NCBI GenBank assembly: GCA_965215885.1
Contig: CBDCEW010000092.1
Span: 32,001-96,000, forward strand
DNA: 64,000 bases
Direction of reading: 5' to 3'
Origin: Candidatus Moanibacter sp.
GTDB lineage: Bacteria; Verrucomicrobiota; Verrucomicrobiia; Opitutales; UBA2987
Shown: piece by piece, positions 1 through 9,624 of the stretch
Layout: each line of letters begins with the position of its first letter
Numbering within the stretch: the stretch's first letter is position 1
Position numbers and translations under genes: made by a program
Notes under the pieces: generated by a model
What the model was told of the DNA's origin: nothing
Seen by the model: only the letters and a program-made list of their open reading frames with translations
Database searches by the model: none

Positions 1-1
1 C

Positions 2-564
2 AGTTATCCGAAGTATAGCGAGCAGGAACTTCCTTTCGGCTTTGGTCTTGCGATCCTTTCCAAGACACCGATTTTCGATACGGAAGCAATCGATTTGCCT
101 GCCCCTCAAGTTGAGTTCAAGTTGGATCTCCCTGAACCATTGATCGAATTCAAGCTGAACGGTAGTACGGTTTCACCCACGGGGCGATTGCTCATCGGAG
201 CAAAGACGAGCATTGGTGGGAAAACCTGCAAATGTACAACACCCATCTCTAGGCATTTTTTATGATTAACAGGAGTTCTGACGATTTTCCCGGGCAACGT
301 GAGATTGTCGCGGAACACCTTCGCAACTCAAAATTGCCTACAATTCTGGGAGGTGACTTCAATGTTGTGCCGGAAGAGGCAACTGTCGATTTCCTCGAGT
401 CGGCCGGCTATCGAACGGCCCAGCGTGAGTTGTCTACCTGGAAGCGGCAACCTTACGCTCTGGATCACGTATTTTTTAATGAGGCGTTGACGATGAGCTC
501 TTGCACCGTTCATGAAACAGTAGCCTCGGATCGCGATGTTCTGGAAGTCGAGCTGACCGTCTAA
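2..564 (+). CDS. Endonuclease/exonuclease/phosphatase (EEP) family protein, 5'-partial, with a frameshift (~225) and an in-frame TAG (250-252)
   Basis: Motifs GLAILSKTPI (frame from 2), YNTHL*AF, ILGGDFN, LDHVF and SD near the C-terminus are typical of the EEP fold. Confidence 0.7.
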
Positions 565-845
565 CTCTTTTTACGCACTTTTTCCTTTTTCGCTTCCAGT
601 TCCTCATTCAAGCGTTCGCGTTCATTCTTAAGTTGGGTACGTAATTTCTCCGCCTCATCGAAATTGTTTTTCTCAATTTCTTCCTGCAGCTTTCTCTCAA
701 GGAAGATCTCCCTCTCGGCTAATTTGGCCTTATGGCGCTGTTCAAGTTCGGCAATCGATTCACGCTGTTCATCAGTAAGTGTATAGACAGTATCGGGCTC
801 TTCAGCCTGAAGCCGTTCCATGGCGAGTTCGTATGCGCTTTTCAT
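561..845 (-). CDS. Small coiled-coil hypothetical protein
   Basis: 94-aa ORF starting MKSAYELAMERL, charged helical composition, directly downstream of comEC. Confidence 0.7.
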   Translation of the reverse strand: MKSAYELAMERLQAEEPDTVYTLTDEQRESIAELEQRHKAKLAEREIFLERKLQEEIEKNNFDEAEKLRTQLKNERERLNEELEAKKEKVRKKS

Positions 846-847
846 TT

Positions 848-2960
848 CTAAGTAGAGAATAGAGTAATCGCAAAGAGGAGGATCACAGGAGGAATGAAAT
901 ACTTCACCCGGTTATCTTTCAACTCTTTTGATTGCTGAGCAAGCATGGCCAGAAGCATTAGAATGACAGAGGCTGGTCCGGCCTCGTTCCATCGAAACTC
1001 AGTCAGCCAGAAGAAACCCGGAATAGAAAGGGCAATATCAATGAACCCCTCTACAATCCAGATCATGAGCCAGGCTCCATGATTGAGAAAGGCGCTAATC
1101 CAGAGAAGGTGGAAGATACCACAAATCAGAGAGATGCAGCCGCTTATAATGAGGAGGGCGGCAATCGGCACTACAAACATATTGAGAATCACCGCTCCGG
1201 GTGTGAAGATTCGAAAATAATGAATTATGAGAGGGCTGCTGATAACCGTTGCAGCCAGACTGACTCCAAAGAGTCTGACAGCTTGTTGGAGAATAAATGA
1301 TAGCGTTTTATGGTACCACTGACGGTCTGCCGTGGGGATGCCGCGAAAGGGAGTGATCTTCGAATCGAGAAAGTCGATTATGGGAACTCCGTAGAGCACG
1401 ATTGAGCCGACGACCGCGTAGGAGAGTTGAAATCCGGCGTTGCGGAGGTGATTAGGGTCAAACAGCAACACCATAAAAGCCGATGCCAGTAATGCCGCGA
1501 ATGGCGCTGCCTGGCGCTGGACGACTTTCGCTCCCCAAACGAAAGTCGCCATAAGAAAAGCTCTAATGGCGGAAGGAGAGGCTCCCGTAACAACGACGTA
1601 AACGAGAAGAGTCAGCAGTCCCAGGACGGCTCCGGTCTTCGGGGGACATCGCAAAATGACGACGATCAGATAGTAGAGGGTGTAGGCGATAACACCAACA
1701 TGAAGGCCGCTAATGGCGAAGAAATGCATGGTACCGCTTCTGAGGGATGCATGTTTTTGATCTTTGGAGAGAGCGGCCTTCTTACCGAGGAGCATGGCAA
1801 CGTAGACATTTTTCTGGGGGCAACTTCCGCCGTGCCGTGCCGAAGGGTTCTTTCCAAATGGGCATTCTGTCTCGAACTCAGCCTGGTCAGCAGGTGTGCC
1901 GGTCGAATCTCTTCCAGGATCTTGCCTCGCTGCAGCTCGAAATAGATCCCCGACTGAATCAGGTACTCGTTGAAAGGATCGTCGGTAGAAATCTCATCAA
2001 TATAGGAGAGGATTCCTGGGGCTTCTTGTTTATGGGTCTACAGCAGAATCTGTGGGTGGGTAACGTCGCTTACAAGAGGTCATGTTTTTGATCGAATTAT
2101 CTGAGACTTCCGCCGTGGTGAGGGTTGAGTCTCGAAAGCCTGGTCAGCAGGTGTCGGTCGAATCTCTTCACTTGCCTCGCTGGCTCGAAATAGATCCCCG
2201 ACTGAATCAGGTACTCGTTGAGGATCGTCGGAGAAATCTCATCAATATAGGAGAGGATTTTCGTCCGAATTATCTGAGAGGGAGTGAGGAATTCTTCACC
2301 CGGCTGGGGCATCAGCTTGAAGAAAACTTTCTTGTTTATTAAGTCGTGAAGATGGTCAGGGGAGTGTCGAATTCTCGCAATCCCTGAGAGCCGTCCGTAT
2401 CGGTCTGAAGAAGCGAAAGTCTTACGGACTTCGATATCCAGGATTGCCTCACGAGGTGGGAGAAGACTCCACTCCGGGTCCGGCCTGTGCGCCCTCTCGA
2501 TGGAGTAGGCCCATGCCACCAGGGTAGTCGCCACAAGGAAGGCAGTGGTCCAGATACTCCTACCGAAAAGACCTTTGGAATTTGCAAAAGGAAGGGCGAT
2601 GAGAGCTGCCCCAAGCGCTGTGAGGAGGAGGGGGAGTTCCGGCTGCCGTGGATAATTGAACTCCAGGGTGTAACCCCAAATCGAGGTGGGAGAAGACTCC
2701 ACTCCGGGTCCGGCCTGTGCGCCCTCTCGATGGAGTAGGCCCATGCCACCAGGGTAGTCGCCACAAGGAAGGCAGTGGTCCAGATACTCCTACCGAAAAG
2801 ACCTTTGGAATTTGCAAAAGGAAGGGCGATGAGAGCTGCCCCAAGCGCTGTGAGGAGGAGGGGGAGTTCCGGCTGCCGTGGATAATTGAACTCCAGGGTG
2901 TAACCCCAAATCATAGGCGCGAGAATCCACAGGAGGGGCGCTCTGTTGCTGAGGCGGGAC
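848..2960 (-). CDS. comEC: ComEC/Rec2 competence membrane protein, broken into several frames by duplications
   Basis: SGTMHFFAISGLHVG, GASPSAIRA and GFQLSY motifs in 848..1795; N-terminal TM part in 2097..2960; start codon uncertain. Confidence 0.85.
2034..2079 (+). mobile_element. Isolated 46-bp ISL3 terminus inside comEC
   Basis: gggtctacagcagaatctgtgggtgggtaacgtcgcttacaagagg is the reverse complement of 30760-30805, the transposase-upstream end of the ISL3 element. Confidence 0.9.
2453..2910. repeat. Tandem duplication with 230-bp period inside comEC
   Basis: gaggtgggagaagactcc...taaccccaaat starts at both 2453 and 2683; a second, imperfect duplication at ~1868-2014 vs ~2128-2259. Confidence 0.9.
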
Positions 2961-3767
2961 TTAATGGCTGATGAATTGCTCGTTTCGAAGATGGAGCGGT
3001 TCTTCGATGCCTGATTGGAGATATGAATGGGCCGCCTCAACCGAAGATAACAGGTCCTGTCCATGGGCGAGTCCCGCAGCAATCGCCGCGGAAAGTGTAC
3101 AACCGCTCCCATGGGTATTCACGCCGGTCTTTTTCGACGCCTCGAGAATGTTAATCTCATCTTCGTTTTGGCAGAGGACATCATAGACAGTCGCGCCCTC
3201 GAGGTGTCCTCCTTTCAGGAATACAGCGGTTCCGAACTCCTTGGAGAGGCGGTGAGCCGCTTCCCGCATTTCCGAAAGGTCCTGCGGCCGATAACCGAGC
3301 AAGACCCTGGCCTCGTCAAGGTTTGGCGTTATGAGCGAGGCTAGCGGCAGTAATCGATCTTTGAGCGCTTCGACGGCACTTCTTTCCAGAAGCGTACTTC
3401 CGCTGGCTGCGACCATGACGGGATCGACAACCGCGGGCAGCTCCGGGTTTCTCGATAGAAAATCTGCTACGGTTGCAATGATCGGCTTGTTAAACAGCAT
3501 TCCGGTCTTGACGGACCTGGGGCGGAAATATTGAGCCACTTCCTCCATCTGTTGGCGGACGAACTCCTGATCCATTTCAACTACTCTACTTACTTTTTCC
3601 GGACTCTGTGCGGTCAGACAGGTGATTGCTGTTGTACCGTAGACGCCGAAGGCGGAGAAAGTCAGAAGATCGGCCTGTATTCCGGCCCCTCCACCGCTGT
3701 CGGATCCCGCGATCGACATCGAGACCGGCATGCCGGGTTGGGGTCGCTGACTTGATTCGGCTGTCAT
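2961..3767 (-). CDS. thiD: Hydroxymethylpyrimidine/phosphomethylpyrimidine kinase
   Basis: IAGSDSGGGAGIQADL, VKTGML, VVDPVM, ITPNLDEA, LKGGH, NTHGSGCTLSAAIAA. Confidence 0.95.
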   Translation of the reverse strand: MTAESSQRPQPGMPVSMSIAGSDSGGGAGIQADLLTFSAFGVYGTTAITCLTAQSPEKVSRVVEMDQEFVRQQMEEVAQYFRPRSVKTGMLFNKPIIATVADFLSRNPELPAVVDPVMVAASGSTLLERSAVEALKDRLLPLASLITPNLDEARVLLGYRPQDLSEMREAAHRLSKEFGTAVFLKGGHLEGATVYDVLCQNEDEINILEASKKTGVNTHGSGCTLSAAIAAGLAHGQDLLSSVEAAHSYLQSGIEEPLHLRNEQFISH

Positions 3768-3977
3768 CGTGCGCGGAGCGCCCGATCCACCCGTAGCAAG
3801 GTAGTAAGTGGTGGAACGGCCCCTCCGGGGACGTTTGTTTCAACTAGGAAATTAGCAAAGGCAATTACAAACTTAATGGCGAAAGAGTAAGATACCGCGT
3901 CCCCGGCAAGCCGGGACGGGGAACTCCATCTCAAGGCGAGTAAAAAGGAATCGCCGCTTGCAAGCAAGTTCCATGCT

Positions 3978-5402
3978 GTGACAGAATTCGCCGCCGTGGA
4001 CGAGACCGAACAGACTCTTCTCTTTGGGGGCGTTGAGAGCGGAAACCGTTCCAATTCCTCTATGGAAGGAAAGACGGGAACGGGGGCGAAATCGGAAGGC
4101 AAGCCTCTGGCGGTTCGGATGCGCCCCCGAGTTCTGTCCGAGATTATTGGGCAGGAGCATATACTTGGCAGTTCCTCACTTCTTCCACGCCTGATTAGGG
4201 CAGACTCCTTTGGGAGCATACTTTTTTACGGTCCCCCCGGATGCGGGAAGACGACTCTGGCCCATGTGATCGCACAGGAGGCCAAAAGCCGATTTATTCG
4301 CCTTAACGCCGTTCTCTCGAATGTGGCTGAGATGAGAGATATCTTGAAATTTTCAAGGGCGCGTCCGGAAGACCGTACCATTCTATTCATCGACGAAATC
4401 CATCGATTTAACAGGGCGCAACAGGATCTCCTCCTACCCGATGTGGAAGAGGGAAATATCAGGCTGATCGGCGCCACGACGCATAATCCCGGATTCTACG
4501 TCATCTCGCCACTCCTGAGTCGGAGCCACCTTTTCCGCCTGGAGCCGATATCGGGCGGGGACATTCTGACCATTATGAAGAATGCCCTGAAGGATACGGA
4601 ACGGGGTCTTGGGGAAAGGGGATGTAGCGCGGAAGATTCAGTGCTGAGTGGACTGGCGGAATTGTGCGATGGCGATTTGAGGCGGGCGCTGAACGCTCTG
4701 GAGACTCTTGTTGAGAGCATGCCGGAAGGGTCCGCGATCTCCCATAAGGAAGTTGCGGCGTTTGCCCGGGAAAGGCAGATACGTTACGATGCCAATGAAG
4801 ATGAACACTACGACACGGCGTCGGCATTGATAAAGAGTATGCGCGGTGGAGATCCGAATGCTGCACTCTACTGGCTGGCGAAGATGCTCGCAGGCGGAGA
4901 GGATCCCAGGTTCATAGCACGCAGAATCGTGATTCTCGCATCCGAGGACATCGGACTGGCCGACCCCCATGCCCTCCCTTTGGCGGTGGCGGCGTTTCAG
5001 GCCTGCGAATTTATCGGACTTCCAGAATGCGAACTTAATCTCGCTCACGCCGTAGTTTATATGGCGGCGGCCCCAAAGAGTAACTCTACAACTGAGGCGA
5101 TCGGAAGGGCTCGCAAAGCAATTAATGAGGGTAGCCTGCAGGCCGTACCGCTCCACCTGCGAGATGCCAGCACCAAGACGAATAGGAAATTTGGACACGG
5201 GAGGGACTACCGCTACAGCCACGATTTCCCGCACGCGATTACTGGACAGGAGTTTATGGAACATCCGCTGGATTTTTACACTCCAAAAGGAGAAGGAAAG
5301 GAGAGAGAGATACGGGAGCGATTGGAGCGCTGGAAAGGATTAAAGGAGAAGATTCAGGAAGAGGAGCGAGAAATTCGTTGTCGTTCTTCAAAAATCGGTT
5401 AA
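3978..5402 (+). CDS. rarA: Replication-associated recombination protein A (RarA/MgsA AAA+ ATPase)
   Basis: PLAVRMRP, GPPGCGKTT, FIDEIHRFNRAQQD, HYDTASALIKSMRG, ASEDIGLADP; real start may be 4062. Confidence 0.95.
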   Translation: MTEFAAVDETEQTLLFGGVESGNRSNSSMEGKTGTGAKSEGKPLAVRMRPRVLSEIIGQEHILGSSSLLPRLIRADSFGSILFYGPPGCGKTTLAHVIAQEAKSRFIRLNAVLSNVAEMRDILKFSRARPEDRTILFIDEIHRFNRAQQDLLLPDVEEGNIRLIGATTHNPGFYVISPLLSRSHLFRLEPISGGDILTIMKNALKDTERGLGERGCSAEDSVLSGLAELCDGDLRRALNALETLVESMPEGSAISHKEVAAFARERQIRYDANEDEHYDTASALIKSMRGGDPNAALYWLAKMLAGGEDPRFIARRIVILASEDIGLADPHALPLAVAAFQACEFIGLPECELNLAHAVVYMAAAPKSNSTTEAIGRARKAINEGSLQAVPLHLRDASTKTNRKFGHGRDYRYSHDFPHAITGQEFMEHPLDFYTPKGEGKEREIRERLERWKGLKEKIQEEEREIRCRSSKIG

Positions 5403-5459
5403 ATTTGGAGGATAATCGTTTACCGAGCGGTTCATAACTCCGATGCACGAGGTGATATT

Positions 5460-5900
5460 ATGCGCAAAAAGGCAGTTTTGATGGTTTCTTATTTGAATAT
5501 TTCCTTCATAGTAATAATCGGGCTGCTAATGTCGGTCATGGTATCCCACGCTCAGGAGGATGAGGGGGAGAAACTTCCCGAGATGGGACTGTATTTTGAT
5601 CGGAGTCCAGGGAACAGGGTTAACCTGAGGATTGTAGAGAAGAAATTCCGGCTCTATTTCGTCGATACACAAAATAAGGTAGTGCCGCCGGAGTATAATT
5701 CGGCACTTGTTCACGCCGCGAACGTGATCCGCAAGGAGCGGGAAGGCCGGTTCGCTCTCCGGCTTTCCAGTGACGGTCAATACCTCACCAGTCCACGAGT
5801 GGTGCTTCCTCCAATCGATTACTGGATACGCATTACTCTCAGGAATGCAGCCGACCCAACTCGGAAAGAGGCCCTTCCTCGCGCCAGGCTTCGCCAGTAG
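5460..5900 (+). CDS. Hypothetical exported protein
   Basis: 146-aa ORF with RBS (gaggtg) and signal-peptide-like N-terminus. Confidence 0.65.
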   Translation: MRKKAVLMVSYLNISFIVIIGLLMSVMVSHAQEDEGEKLPEMGLYFDRSPGNRVNLRIVEKKFRLYFVDTQNKVVPPEYNSALVHAANVIRKEREGRFALRLSSDGQYLTSPRVVLPPIDYWIRITLRNAADPTRKEALPRARLRQ

Positions 5901-6314
5901 TTGAGACGCCACCTGCAATCCTGGATACTGATCGCGCTTGGCGTACTCATCGCCGCGCACACTTCCGCTGGCATCAGTTACGATAGCTTCGCAACGCTGG
6001 TTGTGGTCGTTCTCATCTTAAGTGTGCTTAATCTCTTCGTTAAGCCGCTTCTCATCCTGTTTACGCTTCCTTTTGTGATTGTATCGCTGGGTTTGGGAAT
6101 ATGGCTGATTAACGCCATCCTTCTGCTCCTCGTAGGCAAGATTGTGGGCGGGTTTGAAATCGCCTCGTTAGGTTCGGCGCTGTGGGGAGCACTCGTGATC
6201 AGCCTTACTTCCCTCGTAGCGAACCTATTGGGCCGAGGCAAAGTAAGCGTTCGCGGAAATCGCGGGGCACGGACATCCGTGCGGCCTCATGAGGAGGATG
6301 TGATTGATGTCTAG
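5901..6314 (+). CDS. 4-TM membrane protein, YvlD / phage-holin-superfamily-IV-like
   Basis: LNLFVKPLLILFTLPF..SLGL..WLINA pattern; abuts the upstream gene. Confidence 0.8.
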   Translation: MRRHLQSWILIALGVLIAAHTSAGISYDSFATLVVVVLILSVLNLFVKPLLILFTLPFVIVSLGLGIWLINAILLLLVGKIVGGFEIASLGSALWGALVISLTSLVANLLGRGKVSVRGNRGARTSVRPHEEDVIDV

Positions 6315-6399
6315 GAGTCTGAACCTGCCTGCGGTGACCCCGCTCGGCGGGACGAACCGCCGAACTGGCAACCAAACTGGAAGGCCGATCGAAAGAGAC

Positions 6400-6660
6400 T
6401 TACCACGGATTGCCTAGCGCAGCGTAGCCGCCCTTCGACTCCGCTCAGGGCCCTGAGCCTGCCGAACGGGCAACCAAAAAAGAAGAAGAGAACCGCAGAT
6501 GCACGCAAATGGACGCGAATGCAGAAGGAAACTTCTACTTCCCTTGGGTAACCTCGTCGCGAACCTTGTCCCAAACCTTGTCGACTGCAGTTTATTGAAT
6601 ACCAACCTCTTCTACGCAAAAACTTGCTAGAAAAACACGGTTCTGCCGGATTGCACGGAT
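6400..6660. repeat. Dispersed composite intergenic repeat; related copies at ~15750-15900, ~15925-16190 and ~17615-17670
   Basis: Shared blocks cacggat.gcctagcgcagcgtagcc, aagaagagaaccgcagatg.acgc.aatggacgcgaatg and cttctacgcaaaaacttgct. Confidence 0.85.
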
Positions 6661-6812
6661 GAGGAGCTAAAATACTGATTCCGCTGCCCGGCACGGCGAA
6701 TCGGGAGTCGACTTCGGCTCTCTGCCGTACGGCAGAGCTTGAAACGCAAAGGAGAGCATTCCCAAAAGCGCAACTGAACTTCAGACCTCACTATATTGCC
6801 CCTCTAAAGGCA

Positions 6813-9040
6813 CTATGCAATCGCAAGTTTAAATCCCGATTTTTTGCCCAGTCGGAAGATGATTCTTCGGCCTGAACCGTCGGGCATCAGTAAGGGCTTC
6901 TCATTGAGAGTTTGCAGATACTCAAGCACCACCGCCTGCACCCGAGGGGGATAAGTTGCGGTGGGGAATAAATGCGCTTCGACCGCACAGCCCCTCTCTA
7001 TAAGAACGCCGTCACTGTGAGTCAAATTGCGAAACAGATCGTGGTCGTCACGATAGTTGTTGTAGCGAGCTTTAAAGGGTTCGAGCTGCTTGTAGAAGCT
7101 GTTACGGGCGAAGATTTTCAAGGCATCCATGAGGGACTTGTTAGCGGTGTCCAGGCGGACATAGTTTTCATCAATGAGGCGCTGCAGCCTCGAGCATTCG
7201 GTGTCGATTTGCTCCAGTTCGAGTTGGAGGGCTTTGAGGGCCTGATCGAGTCGACGGATCTTTTCGCCCCTTGAGGCGCTTTTGCCCGGGTGGGCATGCT
7301 CGGCCAGGAGCAGTCTTTTCAATTCTTCGGTGCATTGCTGTTTTTGCTTCAGGAGGGCTTTGGCGGCACCGCTTTTCTCCTGCTTGTCCTCAAGGTGTTG
7401 GGCTAATCGCTTGTAGTGGAACGGTGCGATAAGAGGTGATCTGATTAATCCCAAAGTGCTTATCGAGGTATTTGAAGTCATTCTCCTGAATCCAGCGACT
7501 GAACATCCCCTTGATTACCTCTTCATTTCGGGCCTGCTGATCGGTCGCCAGGATGCTCACGGTAATGGTTCGATTTTTTGGATTGGTCGCCTCCACGATC
7601 CACTGCACCAGTTGAGGATTTTTCTTCCAGGGGCCCCGCTGATAGCGAAGATGATACTCCTGGAGATCTTCGGCATGGTTGCGCGCGCGCTGCAGGCGCA
7701 ACTGCCCGTCGATCCGTTGGAGGGGCTGGGCGCTGGCCTTGTAACCTTTTTCCCAGGTAATGATTTCGAGTTGAGGGTGCTCCACGATGGCTTCGTAAAA
7801 CCACTCCGCGGCGATCGCCCGGTCCACGTAAATACTCACCTTCTTATCAGCCGGCAGCTGCACCAGCTCGAGCATCGCTTCGCAGTTGGGGATGAACCGT
7901 TCCCTTATATCCTCATAGTTGTCGGTACTCGCAAAATAGATCGGATAGCCCTTGAGGGTATGAATAAAATCGCTGTGGAGCGCTTTGTCGGCCAGACGGA
8001 TACCCGGACACCATCCCGCCAGCACCTTGCTCATTCCGGTGTAATGTTTGGTGTGCGGATCATAATAAAAGCTCTCTTCATCCGAAGCATTCAGGCCCCT
8101 CGCGTTCACTCTGAGGATCTCTCTTAAAAGCCCTTCATCGGCCAGGGCGCTAAGGCTTTGGCGTTGCAGATAGGGGGTATACAGGACTCTCCCCGATGAG
8201 TTTTTGCAGGTCTTCGAGATCGAGCAGTTTGCTCTGCTCGATATTGACCGCGGCCAACAACCCGCAAGCCACCCATTGTTTCAAAAGCCAGCCCTCTTCG
8301 CGATCAATCTGAGCGACTTCTCTGAGCGCGGCACTGAACAGAAGTACTCCCAGGTGCCGATACCATTGCACCGCTTCGGAGCTCTCCCTCGAAAAATCGG
8401 GAGACTCCTTGCGATTGTCCCCTTCGCTTTCGGGGCTATTTTCTGCTTCTTGCTCCTGTTCGTCCCTCCCCGAGTCCTCCGGGCAATCCCAGGGAGTCTC
8501 CCGATTTTGCGCCCTCTCGGCTTCGGCCTCCTTTGCCCGGGCCTCTTTAAGCTCCTTAAAGACAGGGCGCAAAGTTTCCCCACTGAGGTTAACTCCGAAC
8601 ACCTCCTCGATCTCCCCCCGTATCTTCTTGCTGTAGCCATACCGACTCTCCCCATAGATCTGCCCGAAGCGCACCCGCCCAAAACTCCGGATTTCCCTCG
8701 TCAATTTGCGCTGAGCGCTGCGTCCCGCCAGCACTCGCGCTAAGGTCTCGGCATCTCCGCTTTGAAGCGCCTCCCCCCACCGCTTCATCGTTTTGGGGTC
8801 AACCTCAAATTGCTTCTCTAAGCGCCCTTTCTTCAACCCCGCATTGTAGAGGCGCCCCACCAATAGCTTGAATTCAACTTGCTCCCGATCGTCCTCTACG
8901 ACTTCAAAAAGCTCATGCCCGTAATAGACGTGCAGTTTGCCTTCGCTCAGATCCCGATAGACCGTGATCGAGGGATTACCCTTGTCCACTCCAAGGATGC
9001 ACTGTAAGAAGGTCTCTTCTTTGACGGTAGGTTTCTCCAT
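6813..9040 (-). CDS. Putative DDE transposase (~740 aa) in three frames (8150..9040, 7390..8109, 6813..7481)
   Basis: N-terminal HTH (FEVDPKTMKRW), FYYDPH, YVDRA and FSRWIQENDFK (IS4-superfamily-like RW-x-E motif), C-terminal coiled coil. Confidence 0.7.
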
Positions 9041-9097
9041 TTTTCTTCGAATTTGATGGTTCGAAGATGAAGCCTACCGTTTTCTTTAGCTCTTAAA

Positions 9098-9184
9098 GAT
9101 CCTCGGGGCAAGCCCCGAGGCATTTGATATTAGACTTTATGAATTAGAAACGAAGCAAGCTTCGGGGAATTAAACCCGAAGCGA
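9098..9184. mobile_element. 87-bp double-hairpin mini-element (MITE-like) flanked by TTAAA on both sides
   Basis: Hairpins cctcggggc-aa-gccccgagg (9101-9120) and cgaagc-aa-gcttcg (9151-9164); TTAAA at 9093-9097 and 9185-9189. Confidence 0.55.
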
Positions 9185-9624
9185 TTAAAAGCCGGGAATT
9201 GTATCTGCGATTGCCCCCTGCCCGCCAACCCGCATGATAGCGAGTTCTGAACTTAGTGCCCACAGAGAGCGCTTTTTGGGAATGCTCTTCTTTGTGTTTC
9301 TCCACTCGCATAAGCGAGTTGGCGAAGTCGACTCCATCTTGTTCCTTAATCTCGCGCAACTTATATACCGTCGCATCCGTTGGGGAACCCTCTTTCCATT
9401 CGTTGCTCCCAATCACTTTCACTCTTTCTTATCCGTGCCAATCAGTGTAATCCGTGGTCTCTCTTCCTGTTTTGATTGCAACTGTGCTGCTGCAGGTCAT
9501 TCATAGTAAATTCATACTCCTTTGCTCACTCTCTACCGTAATCCGGCCTCCAATTGACCGAGCGGCATCAAGTTGACTTAATTCCTAAGGATTACATCAC
9601 TTCACTCCGATAAAGTCTTATTCA

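Larger units (their letters stand above)
6704..9335 (-). mobile_element. Large IS-like element (~2.6 kb) with ~67-bp imperfect terminal inverted repeats
   Basis: 6704-6771 ggagtcgacttcg..hairpin..gaaacgcaaaggagagcattcccaaaagcgc matches the reverse complement of 9269-9335; transposase-like ORFs inside. Confidence 0.85.

Noticed and set aside
220..264. Stop-codon reassignment (in-frame TAG in the EEP gene)
   Set aside because: TAG terminates several genes here (glgC, tsaD), and an adjacent frameshift suggests local error or decay
2453..2910. Biological domain duplication in comEC
   Set aside because: Identical copies with a frame-breaking 230-bp period in a region with other consensus anomalies; probably an artefact pending read check
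4638..5264. Long antisense or alternate-frame ORFs (e.g. 4638..5264, 7456..8127, 46663..47520, 55063..55845)
   Set aside because: Shadows of well-supported genes on the opposite strand
5901..6314. Prophage lysis gene
   Set aside because: This holin-like family is commonly chromosomal and no phage genes are nearby
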